A DNA stretch of 64,000 nt, taken from the NCBI GenBank assembly GCA_964016885.1, contig OZ024744.1, positions 102,362,001 through 102,426,000 on the forward strand, written 5' to 3'. The stretch is from Eledone cirrhosa. Taxonomy: Eukaryota. The position numbers and the translations under genes were made by a program. Shown in pieces: positions 53,101 to 64,000 of the stretch (its first letter is position 1; every line of letters begins with the position of its first letter). The notes under the pieces were generated by a model. The model was given only the letters and a program-made list of their open reading frames with translations. It did not search any database and had not been told where the DNA came from.

Positions 53101-56100
53101 GTGTCACCAGATATATCAGGGGTGACACCATAGAACAGTTCTATAGTAGGATGGTGTGTCACCAGATATATCACAGGTGCCACTACAGAACAGCTCTGTA
53201 GTAGGATGGTGTGTCACCAGATATATCAGATGTGACACTATAGAACAGTTCTATAGTAGGATGGTGTGTCACCAGATATATCAGAGATAACACCATAGAA
53301 CAGTTCTATAGTAGGATGGTGTGTCACCAGATATATCAGAGGTGACACTATAGAACAGTTCTATAGTAGGATGGTGTGTCACCAGACATATCAGGTGTGA
53401 CACTATAGAACAGTTCTATAGTAGGATGGTGTGTCACCAGATATATCAGAACTGACACTATAGAACAGTTCTATAGTAGGATGGTGTGTCACGAGATATA
53501 TAAGGTGTGACACCATAGAACAGTTCTATATATTAATTTTGTGTCACCAGATATATCAGAGGTGACACTATAGAACAGTTCTATAGTAGGATGGTGTGTC
53601 ACCAGATATATCAGCTGTGACACTAGAGAACAGTTCTATAGTAGAATGGTGTGTCACCAGATATAATAGGTGTGACACTATAGAACAGTTCTATAGTAGG
53701 ATGGTGTGTCACCAGATATATCAGCTGTGACACTACAGAACAGTTCTATAGTAGAATGGTGTGTCACCAGATATAAAAGGTGTGACACTATAGAACAGTT
53801 CTCTAGTAGGATGGTGTGTCACCAGATATATCAGGAGTGACATTATAGAACAGTTCTATAGTAGGATGGTGTGTCACCAGATATATCAGGTGTGACACTA
53901 TGGAACAGTTCTATAGTAGGATGGTGTGTCACCATATATATCAGAGGTGACACTATAGAACAGTTCTATAGTAGGATGGTGTGTCACCAGATATATCAGG
54001 TGTGACACTATAGAACAGTTCTATAGTAGAATGGTGTGTCACCAGATATATCAGAGGTGACACTATAGAACAGTTCTATAGTAGGATGGTGTGTCACCTT
54101 ATATATGAGAGGTGACACTACAGAGCAGTTCTATAGTTTGATGGTGTGTCACCAGATATAACAGGTATGACACTATGGAACAGTTCTATAGCTTGATGGT
54201 GTGTCACCAGATATATCAGGTGTGACACTATAGAACAGTTCTGTAGTAGGATGGTGTGTCACCAGATATATCAGAGGTGACACTATAGAACAGTTCTATA
54301 GTAGGATGATGTGTCACCAGATATATCAGGTGTGACACTATAGAACACATCTATAGTAGGATGGGATGTCACCAGATATATCAGGGGTGACAATATAGAA
54401 CAGTTCTATACTAGGATGGTGTGTCACCAGATATATCAGAGGTGACACTATAGAACAGTTCTATAGTAGGATGGTGTGTCACCAGATTTATAAGGTGTGA
54501 CACTATAGAACAGTTCTATACTAGGATGGTGTGTCACCAGATATATCAGAGTTGACACTATAGAACAGTTCTATAGTAGGATGGTGTGTCACCAGATATA
54601 TCAGAGGTGACACTATAGAACAGTTCTATATTAGGATGGTGTGTCAACAGATATATCAGGTGTGACACTATAGAACAGTTCTATAGTAGGATGGTGTGTC
54701 ACCAGATATATCACAGGTGCCACTACAGAACAGCTCTGTAGTAGGATGGTGTGTCACCAGATATATCAGATGTGACACTATAGAACAGTTCTATAGTAGG
54801 ATGGTTTGTCACCAGATATATCAGAGGTGACACCATAGAACAGTTCTATAGTAGGATGGTGTGTCACCAGATATATCAGAGGTGACACTATAGAACTGTT
54901 CTATAGTAGGATGGAGTGTCACCAGACATATCAGGTGTGACACTATAGAACAGTTCTATAGTAGGATGGTGTGTCACCAGATATATCAGGGGTAACGCTA
55001 TAGAACTCTTCTATAGTAGGATGGTGTATTACCAGATATATGAGAGGTGACGCCATAGAACAGTTCTATAGTAGGATCATGTGTCACTAGATATATCAGG
55101 TGTGACACTATAGAACAGTTCTATAGTAGGATGGTGTGTCACCTGATGTATCAGGTGTGACACTATAGAACAGTTCTATAGTAGGATGGTTTGTCACCAG
55201 ATAAATCAGATGTGACACTATAGAACAGTTCTATAGTAGGATGGTGTGTCACCAGATATATCAGGTGTGACACCATAGAACAGTTCTATAGTTGATGGTG
55301 TGTCACCAGATATATCAGAGGTGACATTATAGGACAGTTCTATACTAGGATGGTGTGTCACCAGATATATCAGGTGTCACACTAAACAACAGTTCTATAG
55401 TAGGATGGTGTGTAACCAGATATATCAGAGGTCACACTATAGAACAGTTCTATAGTTTGATGGTGTGTCACCAGATAAATCAGGGTTGACACTATATAAC
55501 AGTTCTATAGTAGTATGGTGTGTCACGAGATATATCAGAGGTGACACTATAGAAGAGTTCTATAGTAGGATGGTGTGTCACCAGATATATCAGGGGTGAC
55601 ACTATAGAACAGTTCTATAGTAGGATGGTGTGTCACCAGATATATGAGAGGTGATACTGTAGAAGAGTTCTATAGTAGTATGGTGTGTCACCAGATATAT
55701 CAGAGGTGACATTATAGAACAGTTCTATACTAGGATGGTGTGTCACCAGATATATCAGGTGTCACACTATAGAACATTTCTATAGTAGGATGCTGTGTCA
55801 CCATATATATCAGAGGTGACACTATAGAACAGTTCTATAGTAGGATGGTGTGTCACCAGATATATCAGGTGTGACATATTAAAACAGTTCTATAGTAGGA
55901 TGGTGTGACACCAGATATATAAGTGGTGACACTATAGAACAGTACTATAGTAGGATGGTGTGTCACCATATATTTTGGGGTGACACTATAGAACAGTTCT
56001 ATAGTAGAATGGTGTGTCACCAGATATATGAGAGATGACACTATAGAACTGTTCTATAGTAGGATGGTGTGTCACCAGAAATATCAGAGCTGAGACTATA

Positions 56101-59100
56101 GAACAGTTCTATAGTAGGATGGTGTGTCACCAGATATAACAAGTATGACACTATAGAACAGTTCTATAGTAGAATGATGTGTCAACAGATATATCAGGTG
56201 TGACACTATAGAACAGTTCTATAGTAGGATGGTGTGTCACCAGATATAAAAGGTGAGACACTATAGAACAGGTCTATAGTAGGATGGTGTGTCACCAGAT
56301 ATATCAGGTGTGACACTATATAACAGTTCTATAGTAGGATGGTGTGTCACCAGATATAACAGGTGTGACACAATAAAACAGTTCTATAGTAGGATGGTGT
56401 GTCACCAGATATATCAGGTGTGACACTATAGAACAGTTCTATAGTAGGATGGTGTGTCACCAGATATACCAAGTGTGACACTACAGAACAGTTCTATAGT
56501 AGAATGGTGTGTCACCAGATATAAAAGGTGTGACACTATAGAACAGTTCTATAGTAGGATGGTGTGTCACCAGATATATCCGTTATGACACTATAGAACA
56601 GTTCTATAGTAGTATGGTGTGTCACCAGATATATCAGAGGTGACACTATAGAACTGTTTTATAGTAGGATGGTGTGTCAGCAGATATATCAGAGGTGACA
56701 CTATAGAACAGTTCTATAGTAGGATGGTGTGTCACCATATATATCAGGTGTGACACTATAGAACAGTTCTATAGTAGGATGGTGTGTCACCATATATATC
56801 AGAGGTGACACTATAGAACAGTTCTATAGTAGGATGGTGTGTCACCAGATATATCACGTGTGACACTACAGAACAGATCTATAGTAGGATGGTGTGTCAC
56901 CAGATATATCAGGTGTGACACTATAGAACAGTTCTATATTAGTCTGGTGTGTGACCAGATATATGAGAGATGACACTATAGCACAGTTCTATAGTAGGAT
57001 GGTGTGTCACCTGATAGATCAAGTGTGACACTATAGAACAGTTCGATAGTAGGATTTTGTGTCAACAGATATATCAGTTGTGACACTATAGAACAGTTCT
57101 ATAGTAGGATGGTGTATCACCAGATATATCAGAGGTGACACTATAGAACAGTTCTATAGTAGGATGGTGTGTCACCAGATATATCTGGTGTGACACTATA
57201 GAACAGTTCTATAGAAGTATGGTGTGTCCCAAGATATATCAGATGTGATACTATAGAACAGTTCTATAGTAGGATGGGTTGTCACCAGATATATCAGGTG
57301 ATACTACAGAACAATTCTATAGTAGGATGGTGTGTCACCAGATATATCAGATGTGATACTATAGAATAGTTCTATCCTAGGTTGGTGTGTCACCAGATAT
57401 ATCACAGATGACACTATAGTACAGTTCTATAGTAGTATGGTGTGTCACCAGATATATCACAGATGACACTATAGAACAGTTTTATTGTAGGATGGTGTGT
57501 CACCAGATATATCAGGTGTGACACTATAGAACAGTTCTATAGTATGTTGGTGTGTCACCAGATATATCAGGTGTGACACTATAGAACAGTTCTATAGTAG
57601 GATGGTGTGTAACCAGATATATCAGGTGTGACACTATAGAACAGTTCTATAGTAGGATGGTGTGTCACCAGATATATCAGGTGTGACTCTATAGAACAGA
57701 TCTATAGTAGGATGGTGTGTCACCAGATATATAAGTGGTGACACTGTAGAACAGTTCTATAGTAGGATGGTGTGTCACCAGATATATACAATGTGACACT
57801 ATAGAACATTTCGATAGTAGGATGGTGTGTCACCAGATATATCAGGGGTGACACTATAGAACAGTTCTATAGTAGGATGGTGTGTCACCAGATATATCGG
57901 GGGCGACACTAGAGAACAGTTCTATAGTAGGATGGTGTGTCACCAGATATATGAGAGGTGATACTATAGAACAGTTCTATAGTTGATGGTGTGTCACCAG
58001 ATATATCAGAGGTGACATTATAGAACAGTTCTATACTAGGATGGTGTGTCACCAGATATATCAGGTGTCACACTATAGAACAGTTCTACAGTAGGATGCT
58101 GTGTCACCATATATATCAGAGGTGACACTATAGAACAGTTCTATAGTAGGATGGTGTGTCACCAGATATATCAGAGATGACACTATAGAACAGTACTATA
58201 GTAGGATGGTGTGTCACCAGATATAACAAGTATGACACTATAGAATAGTTCTATAGTAGAATGATGTGTCAACAGATATATCAGGTGTGACACTATAGAA
58301 CAGTTCTATAGTAGGATGGTGTGTCACCAGATATAAAAGGTGAGACACTATAGAACAGGTCTATAGTAGGATAGTGTGTCACCAGATATATAAGGTGTGA
58401 CACTATAGAACAGTTCTATAGTAGGATGGTGTGTCACCAGATATAAAAGGTGAGACACTATAGAACAGGTCTATAGTAGGATGGTGTGTCACCAGATATA
58501 TCAGGTGTGACACTATATAACAGTTCTATAGTAGGATGGTGTGTCAACAGATATAACAGGTGTGACACAATAGAACAGGTCTATAGTAGGATGGTGTGTC
58601 ACCAGATATATCAGGTGTGACACTATAGAACAGTTCTATAGTAGGATGGTGTGTCACCAGATATATCAGGTGTGACACTACAGAACAGTTCTATAGTAGA
58701 ATGGTGTGTCACCAGATATAAAAGGTGTGACACTATAGAACTGTTCTATAGTAGGATGGTGTGTCACCAGATATATCAGTTATGACACTATAGAACAGTT
58801 CTATAGTAGTATGGTGTGTCACCAGATATATCAGAGGTGACACTATAGAACTGTTTTATAGTTGGATGGTGTATCAGCAGATATATCAGAGGTGACACTA
58901 TAGAACAGTTCTATAGTAGGATGGTGTGTCACCAGATATATCAGAGGTGACACTGTAGAAGAGTTCTATAGTAGGATGGTGTGTCACCAGATATATAAGG
59001 TGTGACAATCTAGAACAGTTCTATAGTAGGATGGTGTGTCACCATATATATCAGGTGTGACACTATAGAACAATTCTATAGTAGGATGGTGTGTCACCAT

Positions 59101-62100
59101 ATATATCAGGTGTGACACTATAGAACAGTTCTATAGTAGGATGGTGTGTCACCAGATATATCAGGTGTGACTCTATAGAACAGTTCTATAGTAGGATGGT
59201 GTGTCACCATATATATCAGGTGTGACAATCTAGAACAGTTCTATAGTAGGATGGTGTGTCACCATATATATCAGGTGTGACACTATAGAACAATTCTATA
59301 GTAGGATGGTGTGTCACCATATATATCAGGTGTGACACTATAGAACAGTTCTATAGTTGGATGGTGTGTCACCATATATATCAGGTGTGACACTATAGAA
59401 CAGTTCTATAGTAGGATGGTGTGTCACCAGATATATCAGGTGTGACTCTATAGAACAGTTCTATAGTAGGATGGTGTGTCACCAGATATATCGGGGGCGA
59501 CACTAGAGAACAGTTCTATAGTAGGATGGTGTGTCACCAGATATATGAGAGGTGATACTGTAGAAGAGTTCTATAGTAGTATGGTGTGTCACCAGATATA
59601 TCAGATGTGACACTATAGAACTGTTCTATAGTTGATGGTGTGTCACCAGATATATCAGAGGTGACACTATAGAACAGTTCTATAGTAGGATGGTGTGTCA
59701 CCAGATATATCAGGTGTGACATATTAAAACAGTTCTATAGTAGGATGGTGTGACACCAGTTATATAAGTGGTGACACTATAGAACAGTACTATAGTAGGA
59801 TGGTGTGTCACCATATATATTGGGGTGACACTATAGAACAGTTCTATAGTAGAATGGTGTGTCACCAGATATATGAGAGATGACACTATAGAACTGTTCT
59901 ATAGTAGGATGGTCTGTCACCAGATATATCAGAGCTGAGACTATAGAACAGTTCTATAGTAGGATGGTGTGTCTCCAGATATATCAGAGGTGACACTATA
60001 GAACAGTTCTATAGTAGGAAGGTGTGTCACCAGATATAACAAGTATGACACTATAGAACAGTTCTATAGTAGAATGATGTGTCAACAGATATATCAGGTG
60101 TGACACTATAGAACAGTTCTCTAGTAGGATGGTGTGTCACCAGATATAAAAGGTGAGACACTATAGAACAGGTCTATAGTAGGATGGTGTGTCACCAGAT
60201 ATATAAGGTGTGACACTATAGAACAGTTCTATAGTAGGATGGTGTGTCACCAGATATAAAAGGTGAGACACTATAGAACAGGTCTATAGTAGGATGGTGT
60301 GTCACCAGATATATCAGGTGTGACACTATATAACAGTTCTATAGTAGGATGGTGTGTCACCAGATATAACAGGTGTGACACAGTAGAACAGGTCTATAGT
60401 AGGATGGGGTGTCACCAGATATATCAGGTGTGACACTATAGAACAGTTCTATAGTAGGATGGTGTGTCACCAGATATATCAGGTGTGACACTACAGAACA
60501 GTTCTATAGTAGGATGGTGTGTCACCAGATATAAAAGGTGTGACACTATAGAACAGTTCTATAGTAGGATGGTGTGTCACCAGATATATCAGTTATGACA
60601 CTATAGAACAGTTCTATAGTAGTATGGTGTGTCACCAGATATATCAGAGGTGACACTATAGAACTGTTTTATAGTAGGATGGTGTGTCAGCAGATATATC
60701 AGAGGTGACACTATAGAACAGTTCTATAGTAGGATGGTGTGTCACCAGATATATCAGAGGTGACACTGTAGAAGAGTTCTATAGTAGGATGATGTGTCAC
60801 CAGATATATAAGGTGTGACAATTTAGAACAGTTCTATAGTAGGATGGTGTGTCACCATATATATCAGGTGTGACACTATAGAACAATTCTATAGTAGGAT
60901 GGTGTGTCACCATATATATCAGGTGTGACACAATAGAACAGTTCTATAGTTGGATGGTGTGTCACCATATATATCAGAGGTGACACTATAGAACTGTTCT
61001 ATAGTAGGATGGTGTGTCACCAGATATATCACGTGTGACACTACAGAACAGATCTATAGTAGGATGATGTGTCACCAGATATATCAGGTGTGACACTATA
61101 GAACAGTTCTATAGTAGGATGGTGTGTCACCAGATATATCGGGGGCGACACTAGAGAACAGTTCTATAGTAGGATGGTGTGTCACCAGATATATGAGAGG
61201 TGATACTGTAGAAGAGTTCTATAGTAGGATGGTGTGTCACCAGATATATCAGGTGTGACTCTATAGAACAGTTCTATAGTAGTATGGTGTGTCACCAGAT
61301 ATATCAGAGGTGACACTATAGAACAGTTCTATAGTTGATGGTGTGTAACCAGATATATCAGAGGTGACATTATAGAACAGTTCTATAGTAGGATGGTGTG
61401 TCACCAGATATATCAGGTGTCACACTATAGAACAGTTCTATAGTAGGATGCTGTGTCACCATATATATCAGAGGTGACACTATAGAACAGTTCTATAGTA
61501 GGATGGTGTGTCACCTGATATATCAGGTGTGACATATTAAAACAGTTCTATAGTAGGATGGTGTGACACCAGATATATAAGTGGTGACACTATAGAACAG
61601 TACTATAGTAGGATGGTGTGTCACCATATATATTGGGGTGACACTATAGAACAGTTCTATAGTAGAATGCTGTGTCACCAGATATATGAGAGATGACACT
61701 ATAGAACAGTTCTATAGTAGTATGGTGTGTCACCAGATATATCAGAGCTGAGACTATAGAACAGTTCTATAGTAGGATGGTGTGTCTCCAGATATATCAG
61801 AGGTGACACTATAGAACAGTTCTATAGTAGGATGGTGTGTCACCAGATATAACAAGTATGTCACTATAGAACAGTTCTATAGTAGAATGATGTGTCAACA
61901 GATATATCAGGTGTGACACTATAGAACAGTTCTATAGTAGGATGGTCTGTCACCAGATATAAAAGGTGAGACACTATAGAACAGGTCTATAGTAGGATGG
62001 TGTGTCACCAGATATATAAGGTGTGACACTATAGAACAGTTCTATAGTAGGATGGTGTGTCACCAGATATAAAAGGTGAGACACTATAGAACAGGTCTAT

Positions 62101-64000
62101 AGTAGGATGGTGTGTCACCAGATATATCAGGTGTGACACTATATAACAGTTCTATAGTAGGATGGTGTGTCACCAGATATAACAGGTGTGACACAATAGA
62201 ACAGGTCTATAGTAGGATGGTGTGTCACCAGATATATCAGGTGTGACACTATAGAACAGTTCTATAGTAGGATGGTGTGTCACTAGATATATCAGGTGTG
62301 ACACTACAGAACAGTTCTATAGTAGAATGGTGTGTCACCAGATATAAAAGGTGTGACACTATAGAACAGTTCTATAGTAGGATGGTGTGTCACCAGATAT
62401 ATCAGTTATGACACTATAGAACAGTTCTATAGTAGTATGGTGTGTCACCAGATATATCAGAGGTGACACTATAGAACTGTTTTATAGTAGGATGGTGTGT
62501 CAGCAGATATATCAGAGGTGACACTATAGAACAGTTCTATAGTAGGATGGTGTGTCACCAGATATATCAGAGGTGACACTATAGAACAGTTCTATAGTAG
62601 GATGGTGTGTCACCAGATATATCAGAGGTGACACTGTAGAAGAGTTCTATAGTAGGATGGTGTGTCACCAGATATATCAGGTGTGACACTATAGAACAAT
62701 TCAATAGTAGGATGGTGTGTCACCATATATATCTGGTGTGACACTATAGAACAGTTCTATAGTAGGATGGTGTGTCACCAGATATATCAGGTGTGACACT
62801 ATAGAACAGTTCTATAGTTGGATGGTGTGTCACCATATATATCAGAGGTGACACTATAGAACAGTTCTATAGTAGGATGGTGTGTCACCAGATATATCAC
62901 GTGTGACACTACAGAACAGATCTATAGTAGGATGGTGTGTCACCAGATATATCAGGGATGACTTATTAGAACAGTTCTGTAGTAGGATGGTGTGTCACCA
63001 GATATATCAGGTGTGACACTATAGAACAGTACTATAGTAGGATGGTGTGTCACCTGATAGATCAAGTGTGACACTATAGAACAGTTCTATAGTAGGATTG
63101 TGTGTCACCAAATATATCAGAGGTGACACTATAGAAGAGTTCTATAGTAGGATGGTGTGTCACCAGATATATCAGAGGTGACACTGTAGAAGAGTTCTAT
63201 AGTAGGATGGTGTGTCACCAGATATATCAGGTGTGACACTATAGAACAGTTCTATAGTAGGATGGTGTGTCACCAGATATATCACGTGTGACACTACAGA
63301 ACAGATCTATAGTAGGATGGTGTGTCACCAGATATATAAGGTGTGACACTATAGAACAGTTCTATATTAGTCTGGTGTGTCACCAGATATATCAGGGATG
63401 ACACTATAGCACAGTTCTATAGTAGGATGGTGTGTCACCTGATAGATCAAGTGTGACACTATAGAACAGTTCTATAGTAGGATTGTGTGTCAACAGATAT
63501 ATCAGGTGTGACACTATAGAACAGTTCTATAGTAGGATGGTGTGTCACCAGATATATCAGAGGTGACACTATAGAACAGTTCTATAGTAGGATGGTGTGT
63601 CACCAGATGTATCAGAGGTGACACTATAGAACAGTTCTATATTAGGATGGTGTGTCCCAAGATATATCAGATGTGATACAATAGAACAGTTCTATAGTAG
63701 GATGGGTTGTCACCAGATATATCAGGTGACACTACAGAACAGTTCTATAGTAGGATGGTGTGTCACCAGATATAATACTATAGAATAGTTCTATCCTAGG
63801 TTGGTGTGTCACCAGATATATCACAGATGACACTATAGTACAGTTCTATAGTAGTATGGTGTGTCACCAGATATATCACAGATGACACTATAGAACAGTT
63901 CTATTGTAGGATGGTGTGTCACCAGATATATCAGGTGTGACACTATAGAACAGTTCTATAGTATGTTGGTGTGTCACCAGATTTATAAGGTGTGACACTA
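23177..64000. repeat. 55-bp satellite, main array (about 740 monomers, continues beyond the window)
   Basis: Period of 55 verified (e.g. AGGTG at 24481, 24536, 24591). Same orientation throughout, with rare small indels. Confidence 0.98.

Noticed and set aside
19104-59722. Short minus-strand ORFs within the satellite (19104, 20587, 59534)
   Set aside because: Chance stop-free runs of the 55-bp repeat, whose period is not a multiple of 3.
18908-64000. CRISPR array (palindromic repeats with a variable segment)
   Set aside because: The variable part is only a few nt drawn from a small recurring set, there are no unique spacers, leader or cas genes, and the context is a spliced eukaryotic locus.

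Overview
Eukaryotic, AT-rich animal DNA. The SINE and LINE repertoire suggests a cephalopod (Octopus-like); this is an inference. Bases 1-8.9 kb hold the last four coding exons of a GLYR1/NPAC-like beta-hydroxyacid dehydrogenase gene on the + strand, which keeps the catalytic Lys that human NPAC has lost. Upstream of and between those exons are a Helitron 3' end, a 5'-truncated CRE-clade non-LTR retrotransposon with a 20-bp TSD, and tRNA-derived SINEs. Bases 9-15.9 kb are decayed transposable elements (RTE LINE fragments, a maT/Tc1-mariner remnant, SINEs, microsatellites). Bases 15.9-18.9 kb are an internally deleted Ty3/Gypsy element with TA-initiated LTRs and a tRNA-Trp-like PBS. From 18.9 kb to the window end lies a 55-bp satellite (about 32 + about 740 monomers) made of two palindromes per unit, interrupted once by a 2.5-kb LTR-like relic and organised into kb-scale duplications (4340, 3189 and 1813 bp). 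I found no CRISPR array and no prokaryotic system.
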